DNA from: Candidatus Hecatella orcuttiae
GTDB lineage: Archaea; Thermoproteota; Bathyarchaeia; Hecatellales; Hecatellaceae
Direction of reading: 5' to 3'
Assembly: GCA_002011035.2 (NCBI GenBank)
Contig: MTLY02000002.1
Location: 64,001-128,000 of the forward strand
DNA length: 64,000 nt
The position numbers and the translations under genes were made by a program. Shown here in pieces: positions 1 to 10,321 of this stretch. Numbering within the stretch: the stretch's first letter is position 1; the number at the start of each line of letters is the position of its first letter. The notes below the pieces were generated by a model that saw nothing but the letters and a program-made list of their open reading frames with translations, made no database searches and was not told where the DNA came from.

Positions 1-73
1 TGAGGTTGACGATGTCCTCATCGGAGATCTCGCTTCTCTTGTAAGCGAAACCGACTAAGCGGCTGTTTTCCAT
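1..73 (-). CDS. Partial CDS (5' end, MENSRLVGFAYKRSEISDEDIVNL...), product unknown, runs off the window
   Basis: ATG at 73 (minus), open to the window edge; AT-rich TATA-like tract at ~103-111. Confidence 0.45.
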   Translation of the reverse strand, partial: MENSRLVGFAYKRSEISDEDIVNL

Positions 74-176
74 TTTCCAAAGAGAATTGGGCGGCTTCTC
101 CTTATTTAAATTTCACAGCACGGGTGAATAGGCTTATCGGGTGGGGCGTCTAAACAATTGTTTAGGGGACGTTATC

Positions 177-633
177 TTGGTTGAGGTAGGCGATATGGCT
201 CCGGACTTCACCCTCATGTCCGACAGCGGCAGGGAGGTTTCCTTAAGGATTACCGGGGAAAGAAAGTGGTCCTCTACTTTTACCCGAAGGACGGAACTCC
301 CGGATGCACCCAAGAAGCTAAGGAGTTCAGGGATTTAGGTGAGAAGTTTGAGGAGGAAGACGTGGTCATCTTGGGAGTGAGCAAAGACAGCGTTGAGTCT
401 CACCGGAAATTTAAGGAGAAAAACCGTCTGCCCTCCCCCTTCTAAGCGACCCGGAGGGGAATGTTCTGGACCTCTACGGGGTTTGGAAGCGGAAAAGTCT
501 TTACGGCAGAAGTTTTCTAGGCGTGGAGAGAACCACCTTTCTCATCGACGAGGAAGGGAAGGTGGTGAAAATCTATCGGCAGGTTAAGGTGAAGGATCAT
601 GCGAAAACCTGTCTCCTTGACCTCGCAGGTTGA
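177..633 (+). pseudogene. bcp: Peroxiredoxin BCP/PrxQ with two single-base frameshifts (true pseudogene or sequencing error)
   Basis: Three frames join into [12 protein letters not shown]...[27 protein letters not shown]...[13 protein letters not shown]...LP/LLSDPEG...ERTTFLIDEEG; shifts near 245 and 434. Confidence 0.85.
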
Positions 634-640
634 GCGACGG

Positions 641-1687
641 CTACCCCGTAGGTTTTGCCCGTCCTCCAGCTGGCTTTCCTAGGCTTGACTTCGGTGAAAC
701 CCGAATGGGCAGCCGGCTTTTCCGCCGAGTTTTCTCCCATTCCTTGTAGGAGGTAATGTTCAGCCTCCTGATTTCAGCTTCAAAATCCAGCTCCGTGAAG
801 ACTCCCCTCCGGTGTAGGGCTTCGTTGGCTTCCCAGAGGGATTTGGAGCCTTGAATCCTCTGAGCTAAGGGGCTTAGGCTGAACAAGGTTTTTGCATCGA
901 GGTAGAAGGTGAGGGTTGAAAGAATCGATACGTGAACCTTCCTCGTTCCCTCCCTTATGCGTGTTAGGCCTCTGAATCCCCTGGCGGCCATGAGGGGAAT
1001 GTTGCTGGCCTCGGTGAAAACCATCTGCGAAATTTTTTCCATGAGTTTTACATCCTCAGCGGTCATTCCCCAAGCTCCGAGATAACCCCCCGCCCTCGCC
1101 ACCTCAGAAAGCCGGCTTAAAATCTGTCCTCCGGAGAGTTCCCCGTCGCTTCCAAACCCGAAGACGCCGATGACCGGTGAGCCCCCCAGCTGGGCTAGGG
1201 CTGAAAGCATCATGGCGTCGGCTAATGGGGAGCGCAGGCCTTTTTCGCTCCCTTTCGCCAAGACATCTCCTCCGCTGTCGATGCCGAAGACTAAGTTCAC
1301 GCCCAGCTTCTTCAAAGCCTCTTTCAGGCCCGTACATAGGCCTTCAACTCCCAAGGTCAAGTCCAGGAGGAGAACTTTTTCACCCGTAGCCTCTGCGAAC
1401 CTAGCTGCTTGGAAGACGACGCCTTTCCTGCTCTTAGTCTTCTTCCCCGCCAAGGCAACGGTTTCGGAAAGAGGGTAAATGTTTTCCATTTCTTTTAGAG
1501 GACGAGGCCCCGGCTCAGAGTCCACCACAAACCTTTCCCAAGGGACGGTTCCGAAAAACACCTCCCAACCGGCATGCTTGAGGAGATTGGCTGTAGGGAC
1601 AGTGGCGAGAATGTCTCCTCCGCCTCCTATTCCCGCCACCAAACACCGCCCACCCTCAGCTTTACCGAGAACTTTCTCCAAGAACAT
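641..1687 (-). CDS. DUF1152-family protein
   Basis: GIGGGGD, PWERFVVD.PGPR, DSGGDVLA.G.E..LRSPLADA, GSDGEL, TEAS motifs; likely start MFLEK. Confidence 0.75.
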   Translation of the reverse strand: MFLEKVLGKAEGGRCLVAGIGGGGDILATVPTANLLKHAGWEVFFGTVPWERFVVDSEPGPRPLKEMENIYPLSETVALAGKKTKSRKGVVFQAARFAEATGEKVLLLDLTLGVEGLCTGLKEALKKLGVNLVFGIDSGGDVLAKGSEKGLRSPLADAMMLSALAQLGGSPVIGVFGFGSDGELSGGQILSRLSEVARAGGYLGAWGMTAEDVKLMEKISQMVFTEASNIPLMAARGFRGLTRIREGTRKVHVSILSTLTFYLDAKTLFSLSPLAQRIQGSKSLWEANEALHRRGVFTELDFEAEIRRLNITSYKEWEKTRRKSRLPIRVSPKSSLGKPAGGRAKPTG

Positions 1688-1745
1688 GGGGTGAACCCCC
1701 GGAGTCTGTTTTTCGGGGTGGTTGAAGCTGAGCCTAGGCGGCCTT

Positions 1746-1931
1746 TCAGTCTGGCTCTGGGAAATACACAGCCTTACGGGTGATTTCCAGAGAGCAGGCG
1801 TTATGGGTTGAGCAGTGCCGCTGGCATGCTTGAGCGGTTTCCTCATCGGAGTAACCCAACCCGCATAGTTCGCAGGTGTAAACGTCTTTCCCGTCCTTCC
1901 TTATCTTTTTAACCAAAGTGCCACCATCCAT
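1746..1931 (-). CDS. Small Cys/His zinc-binding protein
   Basis: YTCELCGLGY...ACQRHC..H.ACSLEIT. Confidence 0.65.
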   Translation of the reverse strand: MDGGTLVKKIRKDGKDVYTCELCGLGYSDEETAQACQRHCSTHNACSLEITRKAVYFPEPD

Positions 1932-1994
1932 CGAAAGCCTTAAAGAAGTAAAGTCCGCCTCTTTTTAAAGGTTTAAAACCTTTCCCACCCCAAG

Positions 1995-2456
1995 ATGGGC
2001 GGAGGAGAAGGGGAAATAATACCTCGTCTAGCGGCAGTAGGCTTGGCCTTAAGCGCGGCCGGAGCTGCCTTAGATTTCACCTCAGGAACCCTCATGCTTC
2101 AAAGGACTTTCATGCCCACAATGCCCGGCATGGGAATGGGGATGAGGATGGCCGCTTTCCCCGCCTACGCTGCTTGGTGGGCTTTTCTGCTGTATGCCCT
2201 CGGAAGCCTGCTCATAGTCACGGGAATCCTCGGAGCCACAAGGATGAGTATGGGAAGGATGCATGTCTTCGGAGCTCTGATGGCAACTTACGGGGTTATC
2301 ATGCTGGCCGTCGGAGCCCTGATGCTCTCGGGAGTTACACCCATGATGCAAGGGGCCGTCTTCTCCGGCTTGGGGATGCTCGCCGTAGGGGCAGGTATGA
2401 CAGTTAACGGGCTGCTAATGGTCGCCAGCCAAAAGGTCATGAAGCCCAGCACCTAA
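1995..2456 (+). CDS. Met/Gly-rich 4-TM membrane protein of unknown function
   Basis: Four hydrophobic segments; loop MPTMPGMGMGMRM. Confidence 0.65.
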   Translation: MGGGEGEIIPRLAAVGLALSAAGAALDFTSGTLMLQRTFMPTMPGMGMGMRMAAFPAYAAWWAFLLYALGSLLIVTGILGATRMSMGRMHVFGALMATYGVIMLAVGALMLSGVTPMMQGAVFSGLGMLAVGAGMTVNGLLMVASQKVMKPST

Positions 2457-2632
2457 GCCGCAACAGAAGATGTCGTTCCTCCCCACCGTGCTAAAGGGGA
2501 TTGGGGGAATTTGGAGTTTAACCATTATGCTGAAAATCCGCAGGCTAATACGCAGGGATGGGAAATGAACCTACGTCTTCTATTAAACATGAAGAAACTC
2601 CCCCTTCCAGCCTCCTTCCTCAAAAAGAGAGG

Positions 2633-2717
2633 TGGAGGGGGTGGGATTTGAACCCACGAGGGCCTACGCCACGGGATCTTGAGTCCCGCCCGTTTAACCT
2701 GGCTTCGGTACCCCTCC
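2633..2717 (-). tRNA. tRNA-Leu(CAA)
   Basis: Reverse complement folds as a cloverleaf: GGAGGGG acceptor, CGGGA-CT-CAA-GA-TCCCG anticodon arm, long variable arm, GGTTCAAATCC T-loop. Confidence 0.95.
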
Positions 2718-2878
2718 TTTGAGGCTATGAGGTTGGTAGCTTCAGGACCCTAAAATATCTTCACTCTTTCGGAAGACTTGTAGTTTGGTAAGCGCTAGGT
2801 ATAATAAACCTAGCTTCCATCCCTCCCTTGAAGGCTTCTACTCAAACGGACGCTTTCAGACTCTTCAAGGGAATAACA

Positions 2879-3370
2879 ATGGATCGAGAGTGGTATCGAA
2901 AGAAGGTTAGGGAAAGCCAGGATTTCGGAGACCTCTTCGAAGTAGTCAAGAAATCCGTTCTAGAAGTGCTGGGCCACCAGAGAGCTGGGCTGATGCTTTA
3001 CCTAGCTGACTTACCGCTTTACGTGGGCGCCTATCATGGAGTGAACTCCAACACCATCGTCGTCAACCGGGCTTTGCTCAGGCTGGTACGCGAGGAGACA
3101 GAGTCAGCGGAGGAAATGAACTCCTTCGTCTACGTCCTCCTCCTCCACGAGTACCTCCATTCTTTAGGGTTTGTGGACGAAACTCAGGTCAAAAACCTAG
3201 CCAGACGTGTGGCCTTGGAGACCCTCGGAGAGGAGCACCCAGCGGCTAAGGCCTCTCAAGACCCTTACTCCTTGCTGAAGCGCAGGATCCCCTTGGACAC
3301 CCCCTTTGCCATGGACGCGCCGGAGCTCGTCAAGGATTTTGATAGGCAAGCTCAACGCTACTTCGTCTAG
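2879..3370 (+). CDS. Zincin-like (HExxH) hypothetical protein
   Basis: LLHEYLHSLG motif. Confidence 0.7.
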   Translation: MDREWYRKKVRESQDFGDLFEVVKKSVLEVLGHQRAGLMLYLADLPLYVGAYHGVNSNTIVVNRALLRLVREETESAEEMNSFVYVLLLHEYLHSLGFVDETQVKNLARRVALETLGEEHPAAKASQDPYSLLKRRIPLDTPFAMDAPELVKDFDRQAQRYFV

Positions 3371-4087
3371 TCACAGGGCCACTCTGATGCGGCCTATTAA
3401 CTCCAATTCTCGCCCTGTAAACCGGGCTGAGTACGCATAGACTTCCAGTCCGCCCAAGGCGGCCTCCCTCAGGGAAGCTGCAAACCTAGGGTCCGCAGCG
3501 GAGTTGGCAGTGAAAACTTCAGCATCCTCCCTCTGCACCACGAAAACTAAGCAAGCCCGATGACCCATTTCCAAGGTTTCCGTTAGCTCTTTAACATGTC
3601 TTCGACCCCGCTCCGTGGGGGCGTCTGGAAAGAGGGCAACTCTTTCCCTCACCAGCGTGCAGGATTTCACCTCTACCCAACACTCGCCACCCGAAGAATC
3701 GGCGAGGAGGAAATCGAAACGGCTTCCCCTGAACCTGGGTTCAGAGCGGATGATCCGATAGCCCCTGAACTCCTCTAAAAGGCCCCGGCTCAGAGCCTCC
3801 GCCACAACTTGGTTAGGCAGCCTAGCGTCCACGGAAACCTTAACCCCTCCGGGGAGAACAACCCCTACAAGGGTGTAACGGGTTTTTCTTCCCTTCGAAC
3901 AGGCTGCTTCGGCGAGGATGACTCTGCGTCCCGGCTTCAAAAGCTCCTCCAGCCTTCCAGAATTTGGGAGAAAGCAGACTTCCTTCCGGTGGTTTACTTC
4001 AAGTTTAACTGCGGCTGAAAACCGGGTAAGCCTTTTGAGGAAAAGGCCCTCCCTCAGCCGGCCTTGGAGAGGGATGGTGCACTTCAA
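3371..4087 (-). CDS. sfsA: SfsA DNA/RNA nuclease
   Basis: PNSGRLEELL, SRFDFLL, WVEVKSCTLV, ALFPDAPTERGRRH. Confidence 0.92.
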   Translation of the reverse strand: MKCTIPLQGRLREGLFLKRLTRFSAAVKLEVNHRKEVCFLPNSGRLEELLKPGRRVILAEAACSKGRKTRYTLVGVVLPGGVKVSVDARLPNQVVAEALSRGLLEEFRGYRIIRSEPRFRGSRFDFLLADSSGGECWVEVKSCTLVRERVALFPDAPTERGRRHVKELTETLEMGHRACLVFVVQREDAEVFTANSAADPRFAASLREAALGGLEVYAYSARFTGRELELIGRIRVAL

Positions 4088-4336
4088 AGTTGGAGCTCCT
4101 TAAAGGTGAACCGTGACAGAGGGTGATCAATTTCCTCTTTTCTGCTTTCCATATCAATCCTATGTTCTATCAGACGCTGCCGAGGGTTTCTAGAATCTTG
4201 AGGGGGATACATTCATCCTCTTACTTTCGTGAGAGCACGAGGGCAGAGAAAAAGGTTATGCTCGCGACTCCCCCAAGGGTTTGGAGGGATAACTCTCCAT
4301 GGCTTACCGAAGTTTATTGAGTTGCTTTGTTTTTCT

Positions 4337-5185
4337 TTAAAAAGGCGTCATTTTGATGTCTAAGGCTGTTTGAAACCAGCGGGGTCCTGTTGACCTGACA
4401 ATCCGTCCGTTAGAGATGGTGAATTTCCCTTCGAGTCTGCGGGCAACCTTCTCCACTGTTTTAACTACCGGGTCTTCTCCCTTGGCAGCGTGGACAAAGT
4501 CATAGTAGTGGATCCAGCCTTCTCCGCCGGGTTTTAGACATTGCACAGCGTAGGGAAGGTACTCGTAGGCTTTGGCTGGGAGGGGCATGAGGACTCTGTC
4601 GGCGGTTCCTCGGAGCCTTTGGGCGGCTTCTTTGGCGTCGGCGAGGATGGGCTCCACCACGCTTTCCACTCTGTTCAATCGGATGTTTTCCTCCAGGTAT
4701 CGAACTGCATCAGGGTTAATGTCGATGGAGTAGACCTTAGCCGGCTTGGCTATCTTGGCTATCACCATACTGAAGCTTCCCACCCCAGCGAACATGTTTA
4801 CCACAACCTCCCAAGGCTCTACCATCTCCGCTATCCTCCTTCTCTCGAATTGAAGCTTGGGTGAAAAATAGGCTTTGGAAACGTCCACCTTCAGAAGGCA
4901 GCCGTGCTCCCTGTGCACGGTTTCGGTTCTATTTTCACCGTAGATAAGCTGGAGCCCCCGGGTTCTGAAGCCGCCTTCCACCGGGCCTATCTGCTTGAAA
5001 ACGGACTTAACCTGCTTGTTCAACATCGCCACCGCCTCGCCTAAAAGCCTCTCTTGGGCAGCTGAGAGTGCCGGAAGCTTGAGGATAGCAATGTCCCCTA
5101 TTATCTCCAAGGAGGAATGTAGGTCTAACTTCTCCCCGCCAGGGAAGACCTTCTTCAGGTAGTCTTTGAAGCTTCTTCCCCGCAT
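4337..5185 (-). CDS. trm5: tRNA (guanine37-N1) methyltransferase, Trm5/TYW2 family
   Basis: IIGDIA, HREHG...VDVSKAYFSP, MFAGVGSF, DINPDA, ADRVLMPLP. Confidence 0.85.
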   Translation of the reverse strand: MRGRSFKDYLKKVFPGGEKLDLHSSLEIIGDIAILKLPALSAAQERLLGEAVAMLNKQVKSVFKQIGPVEGGFRTRGLQLIYGENRTETVHREHGCLLKVDVSKAYFSPKLQFERRRIAEMVEPWEVVVNMFAGVGSFSMVIAKIAKPAKVYSIDINPDAVRYLEENIRLNRVESVVEPILADAKEAAQRLRGTADRVLMPLPAKAYEYLPYAVQCLKPGGEGWIHYYDFVHAAKGEDPVVKTVEKVARRLEGKFTISNGRIVRSTGPRWFQTALDIKMTPF

Positions 5186-5420
5186 GTTCAGAGCTCCTTG
5201 AAGAAGGTTTATTAGGCCTGTGAACTAAAAATGCTAGTCTTCAGGAGGACCTTCAACCCATGGCCGGAGAAAAAAGTGGGATCCAGTATCAGTGTTTCCG
5301 ATGTGGAAAGAAGGTGTACTATGAAGAGTTGACAGCCATGCCTGAACTTAAGTGCCCTGAGTGCGGATATAAGATCCTGAAAAAAGTTAGGCCGCCTATC
5401 GTAAAACACGTTAAGGCCCG

Positions 5421-7037
5421 CTAGCCACGTAGCCCTCGGACAGCCTCCTCTAAGCTTTTCTTCAAGCCTTGGAGAGACCCTTCAGCCCAAGCTCTTTTCC
5501 TGCCGTTGTTCACCCGGATGCCTGCTTTTTCCTTCAACTGCCGGACATGCGCCCTGTCGAGCAGGCGCGAGTCCCTGTGGAGGATCACCTTTGAGTAATT
5601 TTGGGTTTTTACATACTCGACGATGTAGGCTGCTAGATTTCTTTTCATCTCCAGACTGTAGGGTTGAGCAGCTTCAAACTGAGACAGCGGATATACCTCA
5701 TCCAGTTCTAGGGGGACAATTCCTAGGGCAGGGCTGTAGAAGCAGAAATGCACCGCTTTTCCCCCGGCTGGAATCGCTTCTAGAATTTTTTTGATCTTCC
5801 CTGAGGAGGATAGGTGGAAAGGCTTGGAATCAGGCTCAGGTAGGAGGACAAGCAGTTTTGAGGAAGGGGGCTTTTCATAGGACTTCAGCATTTTCCACCT
5901 ATGCCGGAGGATTTCAGGCCTTCTGAGGCTGTGCTCACCGTAGATGAGGAGGCCTCTGGGCTTGATGGAGGGAGTAAACTTCTCCATCCACTCCGCGTAT
6001 TTGGCAATTCTCTGGAAAGCTTGGGAGAGGGATGGGTGAGCCTTAGCCCTCAGTTCTAAAAGCTCCCAAAGCCTACCTTCGACGATGCTCTGCTTAACGC
6101 GTTGAACTTCAGCCTGGGAGGCGTAGAGGTTGTGGCTTAAAAGAAAACGGTAGACCTGGGCTTTTCCTTCCTGCTTCAGCTTTTCAGGCGTGGTGCTCTT
6201 ACAAGCGGGACAAGAGCAGGGAAAATATTCCAGCCTCTCAAGCCTGAGGGTGCCGTTTTCTGTAATGTATCGGCCATCTCTGGCGTAGAGGGCGTAGGCA
6301 GCGGAGTCGAAAAGGTCGCAGCCTAGAGCCACGGCGAATGAAAACATGAAAGGATGTCCGGCTCCGAAGAGATGGAAGGGTTTTTGGATGGGGAGATTAG
6401 CCTTAGCGGCGGCTATCATGTCCACTAAGACGTCGAAGAGGTAGCGCTCCATGACCTCCGTGGGGCTTCCTAGGGCGTAGAGGTCGAAGGGAAGACGGCC
6501 TATCTCACGCGCAGACCACGCCACCAGATCCAAATGCTCGCCCCCCTGCACGGGGCCCATCCATAGGGGATCGTCCTCTTCGAAGAACTTCACAGCCTCT
6601 TTGGCCCTTTCTAAGGTTGTCAACACCGTGGATTTGGCGTAGGCCCTCCCCGTCCTCCAGCCGGTGGGGATGTCCAAGATGATGGCTATGTCCGGCTTGA
6701 TCCTCTTCTGGAACTCTATGATCTGTCGAGACGTGACAGCGACTCCTCCGTACCGGAGAACCTGATAACCTCCCGAATCCGTCATCACAACTCCTTCGAA
6801 GTCTAGGAAGCGGTGAACTCCTTTCTCCGTAACCTGAGCTTCAAAATGCTTCTTCAGAAGATAGGCGTTAGTCATCAGCCCCCCGTAGCCGAATTCCTCC
6901 CGAAGCTGCTTTGGCGCTATGTCTAAAACCCTAGGATTGAGCACTGGAAGAAGGGCAGGGGTCTCCAAGATTCCGCTTCTGGTCTTCAGCCGGCCTATTC
7001 TTCCTAGAAGGTCTTTATCCCTAACCTCGAAGCTCAA
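5421..7037 (-). CDS. tgtA: Archaeosine tRNA-guanine(15) transglycosylase (no C-terminal PUA domain)
   Basis: ETPALLPV, MTDSGGYQ, LDIPTG, HLFGAGHP, GCDLFDSAAY, CSCPAC..H zinc site. Confidence 0.93.
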   Translation of the reverse strand: MSFEVRDKDLLGRIGRLKTRSGILETPALLPVLNPRVLDIAPKQLREEFGYGGLMTNAYLLKKHFEAQVTEKGVHRFLDFEGVVMTDSGGYQVLRYGGVAVTSRQIIEFQKRIKPDIAIILDIPTGWRTGRAYAKSTVLTTLERAKEAVKFFEEDDPLWMGPVQGGEHLDLVAWSAREIGRLPFDLYALGSPTEVMERYLFDVLVDMIAAAKANLPIQKPFHLFGAGHPFMFSFAVALGCDLFDSAAYALYARDGRYITENGTLRLERLEYFPCSCPACKSTTPEKLKQEGKAQVYRFLLSHNLYASQAEVQRVKQSIVEGRLWELLELRAKAHPSLSQAFQRIAKYAEWMEKFTPSIKPRGLLIYGEHSLRRPEILRHRWKMLKSYEKPPSSKLLVLLPEPDSKPFHLSSSGKIKKILEAIPAGGKAVHFCFYSPALGIVPLELDEVYPLSQFEAAQPYSLEMKRNLAAYIVEYVKTQNYSKVILHRDSRLLDRAHVRQLKEKAGIRVNNGRKRAWAEGSLQGLKKSLEEAVRGLRG

Positions 7038-7174
7038 ACACTCAAACCTCCTCAGGAGATTCCCTCACCCAAGAGGTGGGAAGCTGAAATCTCCTTTTCC
7101 ACTTCCACGGACAAAAAATTTCCAGAACGCCCTAAAAGGAGGGACAACAATGGAGGGCTGGAGGGTTTCCTGGG

Positions 7175-7528
7175 CTACCTCATCATAGCCTTGGCTATTT
7201 CTTCTTTGAGCTCAGCTTCGGTTTTGCCCTCTGTTTCTATGCCCAGTTCTTTGGCGATTTTTATGAGCTTATCCAATTCTTCCTCAGAACTGGTGGAGGG
7301 GGATTGAGAAGGAGGGGTGGATGATAATTGTTTTATGCTTTGGAGTTCTTTCTCTATTTCGCTCTTCCCTTTTTGATATTCCCCTGTTGCCCTCCCTAGA
7401 CTTCTGGCTAACTCCGGAAGTTTCTTCGCTCCAAACAGGAGGACTACCACAACAACTATGAGGATGACCCATTCCATTCCGTGAATTGTTGGAACAAAGC
7501 CCAGATGCTCTATTCCGAAATTCAGCAT
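7175..7528 (-). CDS. tatA: Twin-arginine translocase TatA/E
   Basis: LLFGAKKLPELARSLGRA after a TM helix. Confidence 0.92.
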   Translation of the reverse strand: MLNFGIEHLGFVPTIHGMEWVILIVVVVVLLFGAKKLPELARSLGRATGEYQKGKSEIEKELQSIKQLSSTPPSQSPSTSSEEELDKLIKIAKELGIETEGKTEAELKEEIAKAMMR

Positions 7529-7542
7529 AGTTACTCAGCCCT

Positions 7543-8343
7543 TTAAGATAATGGCCCGATCCCTATTTTAACCTTATGGTAGGTTGTAAGAAGATAGCCC
7601 GCGGCATAGAGAACCAACATGGGCCCTGCGACCAGGAACATTGTGATACCGCTTCCGTCCGGAGTTATCAACGCGCCAAAGATTAGCATACCTACCGCGG
7701 CGTAGTTGAAGTTTCTTTTCCAGAAATCCGACTCCACAACTCCCACGGAGGTTAAGCCTACCATGATGATGGGCATCTGGAAGGCTAAACCGAAGGCCAG
7801 GAGAAACATCAAAACAAAAGACACGAAGCTGGTGATGGTGAGGAAAGTGGTCAGATTAACGGACAGGGCATACCGAAAAAGAAAGTTCAGAGTGAAGGGT
7901 ATGACGTAAAAATAGGCAAAAATCGCCCCACCGATGAAAAGCGCAGCGGAGGGGATAGCCATCCTCAAGATCAGTCTTTTTTCATGAGGGTAAAGCCCAG
8001 GAGCCACAAACTTGCCCAACTGGTAGACTATCATGGGCATGCCGAGGGCGATTCCCAAGAAAATGGAAACATAGAAAAGAGAAAAGATGGCTTCTCCGGG
8101 AGTCGTGACGATAACCCTCACGTATTCGGGAACGAGATCCTCCTGAAGCTTTTGCAGAAACTGGGCGGCTATGTTGTGGAAAGGATCTGGAAACAGGTAG
8201 TACACCGTGAAGCCGCCGACGTCGCTGTTTCGGAGGGAAAAGGCGAAACTTCCCGCGGAGATGGCCATCACTGTTATGATGGCGCGTATAACCCTAGCCC
8301 TCAGCTCCGCGAAATGCTCCATCAGACTCATTTCTTTGGACAT
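7543..8343 (-). CDS. tatC: Twin-arginine translocase TatC
   Basis: MSLMEHFAELR, FVAPGLYPHEK, FGLAFQMP, ITPD. Confidence 0.93.
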   Translation of the reverse strand: MSKEMSLMEHFAELRARVIRAIITVMAISAGSFAFSLRNSDVGGFTVYYLFPDPFHNIAAQFLQKLQEDLVPEYVRVIVTTPGEAIFSLFYVSIFLGIALGMPMIVYQLGKFVAPGLYPHEKRLILRMAIPSAALFIGGAIFAYFYVIPFTLNFLFRYALSVNLTTFLTITSFVSFVLMFLLAFGLAFQMPIIMVGLTSVGVVESDFWKRNFNYAAVGMLIFGALITPDGSGITMFLVAGPMLVLYAAGYLLTTYHKVKIGIGPLS

Positions 8344-8467
8344 GGATCCACCAAGACGGCGGCTGGGCCATTATATTTAACGGAAAATGCCCCTCAAAAA
8401 CCTTCCCTTCTAAGAATAAGAATGCCCCTTGAAGAGCTTTCAGTGGAAGATCCCCGGGGAAGGAACC

Positions 8468-9004
8468 TTATGTCTTGCGGCTTGGCTTAGAGCTTAGTGC
8501 GCTGATTATTTCTCGGCAAAAGTAGGGCAAGTCTGCGGGGGACCTTGACGTAATCAGGTTTCCATCCCGCACTACTGGGGTGTCTGAATATCTTGCCCCA
8601 GCGTTTACCACATCGTCTTTTATGGCTGCGAAGCAGGTGATATGTCTACCTTGGAGGAGTTTAGCTGAAATCAAAACTTGGGCGCCGTGGCATATGGCTG
8701 CTAAGATTTTGCCTTGCCGGTGCGCAGTCTTTACAAGTTTCAAGACTTCCTTATGCCGCCTCAACCTGTCGGGAGACCATCCTCCGGGGATGATGAGACC
8801 GTCGAAATCTTCAGCCCGGGATTCTTTCGCCGTCAAGTCAGGCTTTACGGACAGGCCGCGTTTGCCTTTCACTGTTTTCCTGTCCGGGGCTAAAACTTTA
8901 ACCTCGGCTCCTTCCTCCATCAGTCGGATGTGAGGGTAATGGAGTTCCAAGTCCTCGTAGTCAGGGCCGGCTAAGATTCCGATTCTTTTACCCTTCAGCA
9001 TCAT
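8468..9004 (-). CDS. pfpI: PfpI/DJ-1 family protease/deglycase
   Basis: YEDLE, IIPGGWSPD, AICHG, DGNLITSR.P.DL. Confidence 0.9.
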   Translation of the reverse strand: MMLKGKRIGILAGPDYEDLELHYPHIRLMEEGAEVKVLAPDRKTVKGKRGLSVKPDLTAKESRAEDFDGLIIPGGWSPDRLRRHKEVLKLVKTAHRQGKILAAICHGAQVLISAKLLQGRHITCFAAIKDDVVNAGARYSDTPVVRDGNLITSRSPADLPYFCREIISALSSKPSRKT

Positions 9005-9062
9005 CTTTACTCCTATATAGAAGGCTGTGGTCTTTTTTATTGATATCGATGAGGGAGAGAGG

Positions 9063-10154
9063 CTAAATTATACCCATTTCTCGGCCCAATTCCATGAGAA
9101 GCTGCTTCTGGCGGCCGGTCAGCTTCGTCGGCACCCGCACCTGGATTCTCACAAACTCGTCTCCCCGCCCGAAACCTCTCAGTTTAGGCATCCCTTTTCC
9201 CTTTAACCGGAAAACAGTGCCAGGCTGGGTGCCCGGGGGGATTTTCAGCTTAGCCTTTCCATCTAAGGTGGGAACCTCCATCTCACCGCCCAACGCTGCG
9301 AGGACGAAGCTGACGGGAACCTCGCAGTAAAGGTTGGGGCCGTCTCTCTTGAAGATAGGATGAGGCTTCACATGGACTACCACATAGAGGTCTCCTGGGC
9401 GGCCTCCTTGAGCGCCTACGTCTCCTCCGCCGCTGATCCTCAAGCTGGTTTCACCTTCTATGCCTGGGGGGATTTTGACGCTTATCTTCCGCGTCCGCTG
9501 CACGTTTCCCGTGCCTCGACATTCGCTGCAGGGCGAGTCTATGATCGTTTTCTTCCCGTGGCACCGGTTGCATGTTAGGATTTGCACAAACCGAGCGAAG
9601 CCTGAGGTTTGGACATATTGAATCTGGCCCGTTCCATGGCATTCAGGGCATTTCCTCGGCTGGGTGCCAGGCTTAGCGCCGCTTCCTCCACAAACATGGC
9701 ATGTTTCAATGCGGGGGACTTCGACTTCCGTTCTTAAACCGGAGGCAGCCTGTTCGAGAGTGATGTCTAAATCGTATCGAAGGTCTGCGCCTCTTTGAGG
9801 TTCGTATCTCGGGCGGGCTCCGCCGAAGAACAGGTCGAAGATTCTTTCAAAGCCTCCGAAGCCGAAGCCTAGGTCTCGGAAGATTTCGTCAAAGTCAACG
9901 CCTCGGAATATGTCCTCCGGAGTATATCTGTCGCCTATTCCAGCATGGCCGAACATGTCATATTGGCGGCGCTTCTCATCGTCGGAAAGGACTGCGTAGG
10001 CTTCGGATATTTCCTTGAATTTTTCTTCAGCGTCGGGAGATTTATTCCGGTCTGGGTGGTACTGCATGGCCAGCTTTCGGTAGGCGTTCTTTATTTCCTC
10101 CTTGGTAGCATTTCTGGGCACGTTGAGAACTTCGTAGTAGTCCCGCTTACTCAT
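9063..10154 (-). CDS. dnaJ: Chaperone DnaJ
   Basis: J domain with HPD; four CxxCxGxG-type repeats. Confidence 0.97.
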   Translation of the reverse strand: MSKRDYYEVLNVPRNATKEEIKNAYRKLAMQYHPDRNKSPDAEEKFKEISEAYAVLSDDEKRRQYDMFGHAGIGDRYTPEDIFRGVDFDEIFRDLGFGFGGFERIFDLFFGGARPRYEPQRGADLRYDLDITLEQAASGLRTEVEVPRIETCHVCGGSGAKPGTQPRKCPECHGTGQIQYVQTSGFARFVQILTCNRCHGKKTIIDSPCSECRGTGNVQRTRKISVKIPPGIEGETSLRISGGGDVGAQGGRPGDLYVVVHVKPHPIFKRDGPNLYCEVPVSFVLAALGGEMEVPTLDGKAKLKIPPGTQPGTVFRLKGKGMPKLRGFGRGDEFVRIQVRVPTKLTGRQKQLLMELGREMGII

Positions 10155-10321
10155 GCCTAGCCGTCCTCCCCACGGCTGGGGGTGGATGAAGCCCGCTTCT
10201 AGGAGGATGCAGCGTTCTTCAGTATGCTGTCAACTTTAACTCCGCCACATCCAAGTCGCTAAAATACAGAGAATACAATATTAGCTTTATCCCGTGGAAG
10301 CAGGGACGTTGAAAAGCCGGG

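Noticed and set aside
4090-4330. 65-aa ORF between sfsA and trm5
   Set aside because: No motif or coding-like composition; treated as intergenic
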